The notes beneath the pieces were generated by a model. It made no database searches, was not told where the DNA came from, and worked only from the letters and a program-made list of their open reading frames with translations. The position numbers and the translations under genes are program-made. Source: the human T2T-CHM13v2.0 reference genome, Homo sapiens. Taken from it: DNA of 64,000 nucleotides. The stretch lies in NCBI RefSeq assembly GCF_009914755.1, contig NC_060928.1; one strand, given 5' to 3'. Positions within the stretch are counted from its first letter, which is position 1. Every line of letters begins with the position of its first letter. This document shows, one piece after another, positions 28,351 through 42,289 of the stretch.

Positions 28351-29115
28351 AATTAAACACGGTATGATTCCACTTATCTATCAAGTGTCTAGAGTAGTTA
28401 AACTCATAGAGTTGCAAAGTAGAAACGTGGCCCCCAGGGGTGGGCGAGAGAGAGGAGTGGAGAGCTTGGTAAATGGGTGCAATTTCCATTTTGAAAGATA
28501 AAACTGTTCCAGAGACAATGACGGTGATGGTTGCTAAACAATGTGAACGTACTTAATGTCATGAAACTGTAAACTGAAAAAGAGGGGAAATTGTAAATGT
28601 TTATACTGGCCATTCTATATGAACTAATATATATTTATAATTTTTAATATTTACACGTGGTATATTTTCCCATAATAAGAGACTAAAATTAAAGCAGTTG
28701 GATGTTTCAAAAGAAAAGAAAGAAGTGAAGAATACACACCAGCTTTCTCCTGATTAGAGGAAGAGCCCCAAACTTCTATGGACACTCACTTTTCTCTTCT
28801 TCTTCTTGCATTGTTATGAGGAAATCCTTCGTGGTTGGGGAACTTGGGCGACTTTGGCTAATGAGGAGCTCTGTGCCTTGAGCCCCCAGGGCACAGAATA
28901 GTAAATAGTCAGTCTGTGCCTCCAGCCCTGCAGTGTGAAGTTTCAGTCCTGTGGACTCCACAGACATCACCTGTATCAGGAGGCTCATGTCTTACCCTGT
29001 CTTCTTGCCAGCCTCAAGGATGGAGTCTGAGCCTCCATGGTGCTCCATGCAGGGAGGTCAGTGGACCTGTTCTGCGAGGTCACGGCCCAGTAGAGGGGAA
29101 GGGCAGTTCAGTGAG

Positions 29116-30145
29116 TGTAGGCAAAAGAAAGAGCGATCAGACTCTTACTGTGTCTATGTAGAAAGGAAAGACATAAGAGACTCCATTTTGAAAAAGACCT
29201 GTACTTTCAACAATTTCTTTGCTGAGATGTTGTTAATCTGTAGCTTTGCCCCAGTCACTTTGAACCAACCACTTTGACCCAACCTGAAGCTCACAAAAGC
29301 ATGTGTTGTATGAAATCAAGGTTTAAGGGATCTAGGGCTGTGCAGGACGTGCCTTGTTAACAAGATGTTTCCAAGCAGTATACTTGGTAAAAGTCATCGC
29401 CATTCTCTAGTCTCAATAAACCAGGGGCACAATACACTGTGGAAAGCCTCAGGGAGCTCTGCCCTTGAAAGCTCCGTATTGTTCAAGGTTTCTCCCCATG
29501 TGATAGTCTGAAAAGTGGCCTCGTGGGAGGAGAAAGACCTGACTGTCCCCGAGCCCGACACCAGTAAAGGGTCTGTGCTGAGGTGGATTAGTCAAAGAGG
29601 AAAGCCTCTTGCAGTTGAGAGAGAGGAAGGCCCCTGTCTCCTGCCTGCCTCTGGGAACTGAATGTCTCGGTATAAAACCCGATTGTATATTTGCTCAATT
29701 CTGAGATGCGAGAAAAACCGCCCTATAGCGGGAGGTGAGACATGTTTGCATCAATGTTGCCTTGTTATTCTTTACTCCACTGAGATGTTTGGGTGGAGAG
29801 AAACATAAATCTTGCTTAGAGACACGTCCAGTCATAGTAACTTCCCTTGAACTTCCTTATGACTTAGATTGTATTGCTCACATGTTCGTTGCTGACCTTC
29901 TCCTTATTATCACCCTGCCCTCCTACTACATTCCTTTTTGCTAAAATAATAAAAATCATAATCAATAAAAACTGAGGGAACTCAGAGGCCTGTGCCGGTT
30001 CAGATCCTTGGTATGCTGAGCGCCGGTCCCCTAGGTCTACTGTTGTTTCTCCATACTTTGTCTCTGTGTCTTATTTCTTTTCTCAGTCTCTCGTCCCACC
30101 AGACTAGAAATACCCACAGGTGTGGAGCGGCAGGCTACCCCTTCA
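29116..30145 (+). mobile_element. Solo HERV-K LTR5A-like LTR
   Basis: TG...CA termini; 6-bp TSD AGTGAG (29110-29115 and 30146-30151); TATAAAA at 29671; AATAAA at 29964. Confidence 0.95.
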
Positions 30146-30479
30146 AGTGAGTGCTGAGGGACGGTCGGGAGGCTTGTTTGTTTCCTCCTCCTCAGGACAA
30201 ACAGGAGAATGCGCTGGGCAGATGTGAGGAGACCAATATGCAAACTCTGTGCTCAGCAGACTGTGGAGTTTCTGTTCTTGGTTGTGCTGGGGGGTCTCAG
30301 AAATCTTATTCAAAATTTTCCTTTCCTCCCCCACTGGTTGTCCTTTTCATAGACATCTCACCCATGATAGCAGGGAATCAGTCCCTCTAAATTATTCCCT
30401 AAAACAACAAAGAGATTATGAAGGTGATGATGAGGATAAAGAGGATGACGACAGACACCATGGCATCATGAACCCTTAC

Positions 30480-30690
30480 TGAGGGCTTCCTAAAGGCCAG
30501 GCTCTGAGCTCTGTGCTCTATGCAGCTGGTTTCATTTCATCTGCATAGTCTCCACGTTATTAGTGCACATTTCATGATGATTTTACAGACCAGAAAAGGC
30601 GCAACAGATTTTCATGTAGCTTGTACCAGATCACGAAGTCACAAAGGGTGAAGTCCAATTTGAACCAGGCAGTCTAAGTCCAGACACAAG
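30480..30690 (-). mobile_element. MIR fragment
   Basis: ATTTTACAGA...ATTTGAACCAGGCAGTCT core-like sequence. Confidence 0.55.
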
Positions 30691-31079
30691 GCATTTGGCC
30701 AGTCCTCTCCCTGCAGCCAACCTGACCTCTCAAATCCTCGTCACTCAGGCCGATGGCCCTGCTCACCGTGCCCTTCCCTTTGGGGGTTCCTTGTAGACCA
30801 CAGCTAGACCAGTGGGTGCCACAATCACTGTGTCATGTATAGAAAGGGCAGCTGAGGTCACATCAAGGATTCCAGAAAGAATTGGCACAGGATCATTCAG
30901 GACGCATCCCTCCCTTGCCCCTGTTCCTGGCTTTCCTTACAGCTCTCGACTTCCTCAAAGGAGTCATCAATTCGGAATTTGGCTTCCATTCCTATTGAGG
31001 AAGCTGGAAAGCATTTCAAAAATGCTCCTCTGATGTGCCTGTGCTTAAGACCTCTGAGCTCTGCTTAAAACTTTTGGAA

Positions 31080-31390
<311 letters not shown>

Positions 31391-32142
31391 TACGAAAAAA
31401 TGTGCTTGGATGGGCTTGGCAAACTTTAGCCATTAGCTCACGTACCACTTTGGAAGGGCATACCTTTAGTCACTTCACCCTTTAATCCCTTTGCTCAAGA
31501 CTAAAGTTCCGAGAGGAAGTCTAATTGACTGAGTTGTGTCCATGTGGGCAGTGCAGGAAAGGGTGCAACGGGAGGCGGCTCCAGGGACGTCTTTGGCTTC
31601 CATCATGGGGGAGCAAGCGCCTGGATTATCCACCCTAACAAATCTGGACAAAGGAAAACGAGGTTCTCTGAGGAAGGAGACATAGAGCCCAAGGAGCTAA
31701 CCAAGAGACTAATAGTCATCCTGTCTTGTCATTTTCTTTTACACATGTGTGTGCATTATCTTACACTTATCACTTTGTTTTCTTTCTCTCCTTTAATTGC
31801 ACCCTGTTGCCAAAAGTTAAAATAAAATGAAAGTATTGAGATAGCTCAGTAACTGACTTTTGGTCAATTGCCTTTTCATATAGTGAACAGCTGCCCAAAC
31901 TATTGTCTCTGTCACTGTGCAAATTTGCAAGCGTTTGCATGATAACTCCCAATCCCCCAACACAGGGCTGTGTTACAGCACAATTTAATTCAGTGTTTTG
32001 CTCTCTGCAACAGGGAGGTTCTCATCCATTACAGGTTGCAGTAAAAACAGGGGTACCATAAGCAACCACCTCTTTCCTCAACGATGTGATGAAAGCAAAA
32101 GCCAAGTAGCTCCATATATCCAACTTAAAAATATAAAAAGTT

Positions 32143-32640
32143 ACGCCCCTGGGCTGCAGTTGGAGCTATGGCGGCAGTAGCTGTCAGTGCGCCTAGCCCG
32201 CCGTGTGGACCTGGGGACTCACCAGAAGGGCCCGATGTGGAGTCTCACGGAGCGTCGGCGGAAGGCGCACAGGATGCTAAAGCTTTACAACGGCCTTTGG
32301 GAAGGGGAGGCTGTGGGACTCCCCACAGGGCCCGACCCCCTGGACCCCACCGATCTGAACGGGGCACACTTCGACCCGGAAGTTTACCTAGACAAGCTGC
32401 CTAGAGAGTGCCCTCTGGCCCAGCTGATGGACAGTGAGACAGACATGGTGCAGCAGATCCGGGCTCTAGACAGCGACGTGCAAACCCTGGTATATGAGAA
32501 CTACGATAAGTTCATCCCAGCCACAGAAATTGACAAACAACATAAAACTGTATGAGGAATTGCAGGAGACCCAGAATTTCCCAAATAACCTTGTAAAAGA
32601 AGAACAAAGTTGGAAAACTCACACACACAAATATATATAT
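32143..32640 (+). pseudogene. VPS51: Processed VPS51 5' fragment fused to an L1-derived segment
   Basis: [22 protein letters not shown], frameshift, then [13 protein letters not shown]...[22 protein letters not shown]...[19 protein letters not shown]; intronless; TT/AAAA site at 32125 and a probable TSD ending AAAGTT. Confidence 0.92.
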
Positions 32641-32659
32641 ATATATATAAAGTTGTGTT

Positions 32660-32940
32660 TTCGTTCAGTTGTAAATGTTTAGTAATTTCTATTGTGATTT
32701 TTCATTTAACTCATGAAAGGATGTTTTTAATTTTCCTAATGTATGCTTGTGTTTAGCTATCTTCTTGCTGTTGACTTCTAATTTTGTTGCATTATGGTCA
32801 GGAAAATGTGGTCTGGACAATGTCAATCGTATAGTGGATTTTGTTGAGACTTCTTTATGGCCTAATATGTGGCCAGTTTTTTTTTTTTTTTTTTTGCAAA
32901 TTTGCCACGTTGTTAAAAAGAATGTGGATTTTTTTTTTAG
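32660..32940 (-). mobile_element. Old L1 ORF2 endonuclease-region fragment
   Basis: Minus-strand GHILGHKEVS...DHNATKLEVN. Confidence 0.75.
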
Positions 32941-33034
32941 GAGAGTTTTTATTTTTAAATAGATAAGTTTCTCAGTGTAATTGAAATCTAGCTTCAATTA
33001 ACAATATGCTAGATCTCTCAAACCTTAAGATGTT

Positions 33035-33410
33035 AGTCAGTGTAACAGCAGACTGCTGCTGAGACCAATAAACCCTGAACTCTCAGTGGGTTGGCATCCA
33101 TAGCATAGTCTGGTGCAGGGCAGGTGTTCTCCTTGGGGGCCCTTGTCCAACAGTGATTCAGAGATTCTGGAGGTTTCCATCTTTTAATTCTGCCATCTCA
33201 GAGTTTTTCACTTGTAGCCATATGGATAGGAAGAGAGGGAACATAGCTCACCCTTGCCTTTGATAACCTTGGCCTGAAGTTATTTCTTACATTCCTATTG
33301 GTGGAAATGCAGTCACATGGTTCCAAACTAACTGCAAGTAAGGCTGGGAAATGTAGTCTTTCTGCATATCCAGGAAGAGGAATGGTGTGAACACAGCATT
33401 GTCTTTGACA
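33035..33410 (-). mobile_element. MLT1K/L-like MaLR LTR
   Basis: AGTCACATGG...AACTGCAAGTAAGGCTGGGAAATGTAGTC motif. Confidence 0.6.
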
Positions 33411-33823
33411 CACTAAACATGTGCTGAAGAGTTCTTACTCTTAGAGGAGGTTTGTCTGTCCTGTGTAACTTTCTCAGTTTTTGCTTAGATAGTTTCAGGC
33501 AATGTTGTTTGGTGCGTTCAGCTTGATGATTATTATGTCCTATTGGCAAAGTAGTCAAGATTCCCATCAGTCTGAATGAAAGTGTTTTACAGATAGGTCA
33601 GGAAATGTTAATACTTTAAAAGGCCCTTCTATTCCTCCACTCTACAGATAAGAACAACAGAGTCCTAGAGAGAGGAGGTCATGGGTCTCGCTCATGAGTG
33701 GCAGAATTGAAACCAACATGGTAGTAACTTTGCCTTTCCCCCATCATGTTGTTCTCACTCTGTCTTCAATCTGCTGATTTCTTCACTTGCTCCATACAGA
33801 CCTCCCAGTGCCAAGTGTATAAG

Positions 33824-35219
33824 TGTGTCTGGAATTGGTGGGTTCTTGGTCTCACTGACTTCAAGAATGAAGCCACGGACCCTCCTGGTGAGTGTTACAG
33901 TTCTTAAAGGTGGCGTGTCTGGAGTTTGTTCCTTCTGATGTTCAGATGTGTTTGAAGCTTCTTCCTTCTGGTGGGGTTCGTGGTCTCACTGGCTCAGGAG
34001 TGAAGCTGCAGACCTTCATGGTGAGTGTTACAGCTCTTAAGGCTGCACGTCTGGAGTTGTTCATTTCTCCCAGTGGGTTCATGGTCTCACTGGCTTCAGG
34101 AGTGAAGCTGCAGACCTTCTTGGTGAGTGTTACAGCTCATAAAGGCAGTGTGGACCCAAACAGTGAGAAGCAACAAGATTTATTGCAAAGAGCGAAAGAA
34201 CAAAGCTTCCACAGTGTGGAAGGGGACCCCAGCAGGTTGCCACTGCTGGCTCGGGCAGCCTGCTTTTATTCTCTTACCTGGCCCCACTCACATCCTGCTG
34301 ATTGGTCCATTTTACAGAGAGCCTGAGTGGTCTGTTTTGACAGGGCACTGATTGGTGCGTTTACAATCCCTGAGCTAGACACAAAGGCTCACCACATCCC
34401 CACTAGATTAGCTAGATTCAGAGTGTCCACACAAAGGTTCTCCAAGTCCCCACCATAGTAGCTAGATATAGAGTGTCAATTGATGCATTCACAAACCCTG
34501 AGCTAGACACAGGTTGCTGATTGGTGTGTTTACAAACCTTGAGCTAGATACAGAGTGCCGACTGGTGTATTTACAATCTCTTAGCTAGACATAAATGTTC
34601 TACAAGTCCCCACCAGACTCAGGAGCCCAGCTGGCTTCATCCAGTGGATCCCGCACAGGAGCTGCAGGTGGAGCTGCCTGCCAGTCCCTCTCCATGCGCC
34701 CACACTCCTCAGCCCTTGGGTGGTCGATGGGACTGGGCACCATGGAGCAGGGGGTGGTGCTCATCGGAGAGGCTCGGGCCACGCAGGAGCCCACGGAGGG
34801 TGGAGGCTAAGGAATGGCGGGCTGCAGGTCCCGAGCCCTGCCCCACGGGGAGGCAGCTAAGGCCCGGCGAGAAGTCGAGCACAGCAGCTGCTGGCCCAGG
34901 TGTTAAGCCCCTCACTGCCCGGGCATGCAAGGCTGGTCGGCAGCTCCTAGTGCGGGGCCACCAAGCCCACGCCCACCCAGAACTCCAGCCGGCAGGCAAG
35001 CAGCATGCGTAGCCCCAGTTCCAGCTCATGCCTCTCCCTCCACACCTCCCTGCAAGCTGAGGGAGCCAGCTCTGACCTTGGCCAGCCCAGAAAGGGGCTC
35101 CCACCATGCAGCTGTGGGCTGAAGGGCTCCTCAAGTGCCGCCAAAGTGGGAGCCCAGGCAAAAGAGGCGCTGAAAGTGAGCGAGGGCTGTGAGGGCTGCC
35201 AGCATGCTGTCACCTCTCA
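33824..35219 (-). mobile_element. Solo ERV9 LTR12C-like LTR
   Basis: TGTGTCTGGAATTGGTGGGTTCTTGG...GCTGTCACCTCTCA; U5 repeats GGAGTGAAGCTGCAGACCTTC; CCAAT-containing U3 repeats; 4-bp TSD TAAG (33820 and 35220). Confidence 0.95.
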
Positions 35220-36469
35220 TAAGGAGTGATTAATCTGAGCTTCTCCAGAAAGTCCATTCCTGGTAGGCACTGGGAATAGGAAATCTCAGAGTATAGAAAA
35301 CATCAAGTGGTAGCACTTTTGTGAATGGCTCCCAAATTAGATCCTTTACCTTTTTTTTCATGAAGCACAGTTGCACAAAACACGCTTAGCCTGAGATGAA
35401 GCACGTATTAGAGAAAAGTTCTCTCTATAACATTATGTATTACTCAAATGAGCATTAAAAAGAGGAGATGGGACACGCTCTCTCTAGCTATTATTACCTC
35501 CATCATACAGTTGATATACACAAGGTCATTATTGCATTATGCTTTATTCAACAAAATAACTTTAATGTTGAAGCTTAAATTGAATTTGTTAAAACATCTT
35601 TGTCTCCAGCATAATGTGCCTCAAGTGTCTTCTTGGTGCCTGAATTTTCTCCAGAATTATAGTGCTGAAGCTATGGAAATGGTGAAATTATATGCAATCT
35701 GCAAAACAATGTGGCTATAAAGTGGTAATTGGCCTTCCACATAATTAAAGGAACATTTCCTCATCAGAGCTGTTCCGTCAGAGACCCAAATGCTATCGTT
35801 GTACAAATCGCCCACTTAGGAAAACCTTTATTCCCAGTAGCCTATAAAAATCTGGTTATGCAAACAGATTTGCTTACTCAGTAACATTAATGGCTTCTCA
35901 TATTTAAAAAGTCATCAATGCAATTGACCTATAATCTGTTTCCTCTGTGACCAAGTGTCATTTTTATTTTGACAGTTAGGAGCCTTTTGACTCTTTCACA
36001 GCTGGCATGAAAGCACAGGGAGGGAAATCTCAAAAACCAACAACCTGTGTATTCCCAGCCTATTAATCAATAGAAAATCACTCAACTGGATTGGAGTCTT
36101 GTACCTGGCAGAAAGGCTCTTATGGACATTGGAATTGGATTTTTTCACTTGATATGACACCTCCTTGAGTCAGATCAGATTTGTGTTTGATAGACTCTTG
36201 CCGAAAAATTGCTCCAGGGTCTGTGCAGTAGCTAAAGTCTTTTTGTTGCTGTTGTTGTTTTAAAAGCAGCATTAAATGTTTTCATGAAGACCTTCCCAGC
36301 AGTGATGTTATTGGGAATATGGTCTTTAGCTCTGGTCCTGAATAACTCACACTGAGGAAACCTCTAACAAGTGTTTTATTGGAAGATGTCTGATGGATGG
36401 TTGGTTTTAATAACAAATCTCTTCCCTTTTTCTGTCCCCTGTGTTCTATTCTCCTTTCTCTACACATTA

Positions 36470-37150
36470 TTCTGGGAGGATTCACCTATTCCCAAAGTCC
36501 TTTCCTCTTTATTTCCATTCCAGAGCTCTCTGTATAACTCCAGGCTGATGAATCCAACTGCCCAGTTGTTATCTCCACTTGGCTGTCTGTCTTGCATTGA
36601 CCTCATCTTACCTTTCCTCTCCTGATTTCCTCTTCTGCCTGGGCTCACCACGTCAGATTCACACCACCATCCACCCAGCTTCCAAAACACCTGGGCCTCA
36701 TCCTTCATTCCTCCCTCTTTCTCAGTCAAGTTAGTCTACTGTCTCCTCTCCATCCTCACTGCCACAGCCTTGGTCCAGCCAACCATCTTGTCTCACTTGG
36801 TGTATTGCAGCCTCCTACCTGGTCTACTCACCTCCCACTCTCCTCCAGCCAGACTTCTCTTTTCATAGCACAAAGTGGATCATTACTCCCCTGCCTGAAA
36901 ACATCTACTGTCTCCCTTTGTCTACAGGATAAACACGACAAAGAGCCTTTAAGATTTGGCTCCAACTTACCTCTACATTAGTCACTTTTTACAATTATAT
37001 GAACATCTCTCAGCTCCTCACTCTCTCATGTCTCGATTTTTGCACATGCTCTTCCCTCTGCTGGGAATGATCTTCCACACCTCTCCTATCGACCTGGCTA
37101 ATCCCTACCATTTTCTAGTCTTCAACTGAGGAGTCCTGTGATGGATAAGG
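36470..37150 (+). mobile_element. L2 fragment
   Basis: CTCCTCTCCATCCTCACTGCCACAGCCTTGGTCCAGCC...GCAGCCTCCTACCTGGTCT. Confidence 0.75.
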
Positions 37151-37196
37151 ATTTCTGACCACCTGATATAGATTGCATGCCCACCCACCTCCGAGC

Positions 37197-37632
<436 letters not shown>

Positions 37633-38084
37633 TGAAAAGAGGACGGTGGGTTTTCACTGTTGTACTCCTAACCTTTGACTCAGTGCCCTGAGCTCGGCTC
37701 TAGAGCTGTGCACGCATGTTCAGACATTGGAGCACATCTTGTCTGGCGCCTCTTTTAGGTGGCTTGGAGAAAACTCAGTAGGTACTTCCCCAAGGATGAA
37801 ACAGAAGCTTCACCTAAGTCAGGAGTTCTTCAACTTCAGCCTGCATTGGAATCCTCTGACAGCTTGTTAAAAATACAGTCTCCTAGAGCCCACTCTTCGA
37901 GAGTCAGTGAGTTGCTTCATCATCAAAATATATACAGAATCCAGCCGGTCTTCAGCACCAGCCTGGTCTGAGCCACTGTGGACTGCCACCTGCAGAATCT
38001 CCCTGCTGGTCTCCTTGCTTCTGCTCTTACCTTCATACCATCCATTCAGGTAGCCAGGGTGATCCTTTTTAAAATTTTTTTAAA

Positions 38085-38325
38085 TTTTTTTGAGATGAAA
38101 TCTCACTCTGTTGCCCAGGCCAGAGTGCTGTGGTGCTATCTTGGCTCACTGCAGCCTCTACCTCCTGGGCTCAAGCCATCCTCCCATCTCAGCCTTCTGG
38201 GTAGCTGGGAACACAGGCAAACACCACCACACCCGGCTGATTTTTGTATTTTTTGTAAAGAGAGGGTCTTGCTATGCTGCCCACGCTAGTCTTGAACATC
38301 TGTGTGCACCCACCTCAGCCTCCTG
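38085..38325 (-). mobile_element. Alu (AluJ-like, partial)
   Basis: GGCTCAAGCCATCCTCCC. Confidence 0.85.
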
Positions 38326-38393
38326 CATTTTTAGGAAGCCCCACTTGTAGGGATTTTGATGCAGAGGCCTGGGTGCCTCATGTTTCCTCCCAT

Positions 38394-38457
38394 CTCTCTG
38401 TCTTTCTGTCTCTGTCTCTCTCTCTGTCTCTGTCTCTCTCTCTCTCTCTCTTTCTCT
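38394..38457. repeat. (TC)n/(TCTG)n microsatellite
   Basis: Direct inspection. Confidence 0.9.
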
Positions 38458-39103
38458 TTGCCTTATAGCTGCCCTGGGGACTAGACTCTGCCTTAGGCAT
38501 CCCTCTGACTCCTGTTTGCTTTTACACTGAGGCTGCTTTAAGTTGCACCTTGATCTGAAGCCTTGGGATTCTGTTCCTATTGCTTGCTTTTGTTGGAAGG
38601 GCCCTGCAACTCCTTGACAAATTGCAAAGGTGCCCACTAGTTTCCAAGTCCCCGAGAACCAAACCAGATGACAAACAAGGATGCAGCCCACAGCTGGGGA
38701 GACAGATTTCATGTCCACACAGAGACTCCAAGATGCTGAATGGAAATCCACCCCGAAACCTGTTTTCTCTCTCATTTAAGTTCAATGTCACCTGGGCGCT
38801 TGCAGGGCAGGGCTGGTGACCATTCACAGGGCAAAGATGCTTCGAAATGTCAACTGAGAATGGTGTGGTGGTTGACAGATGGCATGTCAGAACATAGATT
38901 AACATGGAAAGAGAAACTCATCCCTTGGGGGTAGTGTGTGAGGCTGGCAGCCACACAGAGGGCTTTTCCTGCGAGCTCTCGCACAGATGCAAACAGCCAG
39001 GAGGTTTTGCTTTCTGAGCCTGAGTGGAACCGTGTTCCTCCCTGCACATGGTCGCTCTGCAGCAAATGTTTATTCCTGTTGCATTGATTAAAAGTGCTTA
39101 CCA

Positions 39104-39403
39104 GACCGGGCGCGGTCGCTCACGCCTGTAATCCCAGCACTTTGGGAGTCCGAGACGGGTGGATCACAAAGTCAGGAGATTGAGACCATCCTGGCTAACA
39201 CGGTGAAACCCCGTCTCTACTAAAAATACAAAAAATTAGCCGGGCATGGTGGCGGGCGCCTGTAGTCCCAGCTATTTGGGAGGCTGTGGCAGGAGAACGG
39301 CATAAGCCAGGGAGGCGGAGCTTTCAGTGAGCTGAGATTGCGCCACTGCACTCCAGCCTGGATGACAGAGCAAGACTCCGTCTCAAAAAAAAAAAAAAAA
39401 AAA
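39104..39403 (+). mobile_element. AluY-like
   Basis: GAGACCATCCTGGCTAACACGGTGAAACCCCGTC; TGCTTAC flanks both ends. Confidence 0.93.
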
Positions 39404-39639
39404 AACTGCTTACTGAAGGGGTTTGAGGGGAGTGGTGACAGTGTGAGTTATGGCTCTGCCGGCTGCCAGTGGAGCCAGCCGCTCTGCACAGCTGTGCAAG
39501 GGTGTTTTGAAAAGTGGCTCAGCCTGCCAGGAATGACTGAGTGTAAATTTTGCTGCCACAACATCTTGTAGCCTGATTGGGGCCGTGTTTGCAGAACCCC
39601 TAAACCACTACACTTGTTCAGGCTTAAAAATAAGCTTAC

Positions 39640-39950
39640 TTTTTTTCTTTGTTTGTTTTGTTTTGTTCTATGAGATGGAGTCTTTGTTCTGTCGCCGGGT
39701 TGGAATGCAGTGGCATGATCTCGGTCCACCGCAACCTCTGCCTCCTGGGTTCAAGTGATTCTCCTGCCTCAGCCTCCTGAGTAGCTGGGACTACAGGCGT
39801 GTGTCATCATGGCCAGCTAAGTTTTGAATTTTTAGTAGAGACGAGGCTTCACCATGTTGGCTAGGATGGTCCGATCTCTTGACCTCCTGATCTGCCCGCC
39901 TCAGCCTCCCTAAGTGCTAGGATTACAGGCGTGAGCCACCGTGCCTGGTC
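39640..39950 (-). mobile_element. Alu
   Basis: Reverse Alu consensus. Confidence 0.93.
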
Positions 39951-40269
39951 AAACATAAACTTATTTTCTTACCTCTTCTGTTGAACTCTATTTGCTTTTT
40001 TTCCCAAACGTCTTTATCCAGAAGAGCTTTTAGCAACAAAGTTACCCAATGACCTTCCCTAGTCTCTCCTTGCAACTGGCTCTCAGCGGTGGAGTGGGGT
40101 GGATAGGAGGAAATCCTTGACAGAACCAATTTACATGACTGTTTGGAGGACTCTCGCTAGCCCCAGGAGGTGTTTGCATTTTTAAATTGGTTACTAGTGT
40201 CAGACTGTTTCATGAGTAAGAGCACAGCTTCTAAGTTGGATGCCCTGAATTTGAATCTCAGCATTGCCG

Positions 40270-40850
40270 CTTTGTACATAACCAGCGGATGGATTTGGGG
40301 ACCCAATGGATCTATTATGACATGAACTTGCACCAACATTCACCTGAACTCCAAAATGCCTATTCTGACTGGTAGACGCTAGTCTCGCCCTGGTGTCTCG
40401 CCCTGGTGCCAGTTCAGAGCCTGTGTCCAGTGATCCTGCACAGGTCCCATTAGTCCCTTTTCCCCTGTTCAGTCATCCTGGTAAAAGGCTGTGTATTCCT
40501 TTGGGGGCAGGCTGGGAGAAAGATTGACAGTATAAATTTTTGGCAGTGGAGCAGAGTCCTTTCTGGAGGGGACCTGGCTTCCCATTCAGACAAGGGCCTC
40601 CGGGTCTGTGAACTGGCTTATGTCTGGGAATTGTCTGGGGACTGTGACTCTGTTTTTATGATACAGATTAGACTTCTGCTCATCTGACCTAGAACTCTTC
40701 TGTAAACACAGATCAAGTACAAATGTGGCAGGCTTCTTATCTATTTTACCTCTAGGAATGGCACGATCAGCTGGCATCATAGTTCTCTGTGAGTCAGACT
40801 ATCCCGGTTGTAGCTTTGACTCTGCTGTCTTTTATGGTAACTGCGACCAC
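40270..40850 (-). mobile_element. ERVL/HERV-L internal gag-protease fragment
   Basis: Minus-strand QFPDISQFTDPE and protease-site-like SLDTGSEL (~40410-40435). Confidence 0.75.
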
Positions 40851-41324
40851 CTTGCCTTTGGGGATTGAGTGCTGCAATCACTTGGTCCTGGCCCCTGTAG
40901 TGTGCCTATGTCACTTACCCTCTTCATACCTCAGTCCCCTCCTCTGTAAAATGGGCATCCTAATAGCACCAAACCCCAGGGCTGCTGTGAGGTATACATG
41001 GATTAGCATATGGAAAGCAATAGAAGAGGGTCCAAAGCCCATGTGTCGTTATTAGAATTATTTCATGACAGGGGAGAGCTGGAGGAGAGAGGAAGGTGCT
41101 GAGCAGACCCATGTGCTCTCCCACCAGTGTTTCCTGAGCACCTACTATGTGCTGCCCCCTGTGAGAGCTGTTAGGGTTGAAATAGGGAGCACAGCAGGGT
41201 AGGGGCCGCCATTAGGAGCTTAGTGGGGAGACCATTGTGCAACATGGTTCCAGCGCTTGGGGTGGGGAAGCTCAGGGAGTAGATGGGCCTAGGATCCCGG
41301 GCAGAATCATGGAAAGGACACAGC

Positions 41325-41440
41325 CTCCCCAGCCTCTCCTGCCTCCACTGCCTCCCTGGCCTCCTCTGCTTCCCTGGCCTCTCCTGCCTTCCTGGCTTCC
41401 CCTTCCTCCCTGGCCTCCCCGGTCTCCCCTGTCTCTCCTG
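41325..41440. repeat. Degenerate pyrimidine-rich minisatellite (CCCTGGCCTCCTCTGCTT-like)
   Basis: About 5-6 imperfect copies of ~18 bp. Confidence 0.7.
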
Positions 41441-42289
41441 CTTTTGAGGTAGGCCAGGAGCTGCTGGTGCTCACTTAGCCTGTCCTGGACTCTTGGTGTA
41501 GCACCTCGTTGTCCATAAAATACCCAAGGGTTCAGCTCATCACACAGCCAAGGAAGGAGCTCCACACTGACACTAAGGGTGCATCCTGGGCTCATTCATC
41601 AGGGCATGCCTCCAAAATATTTCTCCACGTCTCCTCCCTTTGCCCACCTGCACTGTCTCTGTGCCTGAGCCCCGGCTGGGGGCCTGCAAGGATCCCCTAT
41701 CTCCTCTGTCCCTGCAGGGCTGGGTCCCAGGCAATCTGTCCGCCCACAACCCCTCTCTCCCCTTGCCCACCATGCTCCAGCCTCACAGTCTTCTTTCTGC
41801 TTCTTTCCCAGCCTCTGGGCTTTTGCACACGCTGAACCCTCTGCCTGAACACCCTCCACTGGGCTGAGAACAACTCTCTGAGACCTCTCTCAGCTGTTGC
41901 TTCCTTTGGAACAGCCGCTGCTGCTGTCCCTCTCCCAGCTCCAAGACCTGCTGAGCCTCCTGTCTTTCTCAGTTCCCATGCCCCCAGCACTTCTCCTTGG
42001 CCTCCTTTGGCCCAATTGACAATGTCCATTCTCAATGCCTTCTCACCCAGCGCTGAGTCCCACTGGGTGAAGGCCATGCCTTTCATGTTCACCACAATAT
42101 CCCCTCCCCCATCACCACGCCCGGTCCACAGTGATGCTCAAAAAAGATCTGTTGGTAGGCAATGCGAAGGTGCATTCATGTCATCCTGCAGGCGGAATTC
42201 TCCAAGAGTTTTGAGCAGCCTCGGTTTTCCCACCACCTCCAAATCATGCAAGACACAGGGTAAGAGCAAAGACAAGATGGCTGTGGCCG

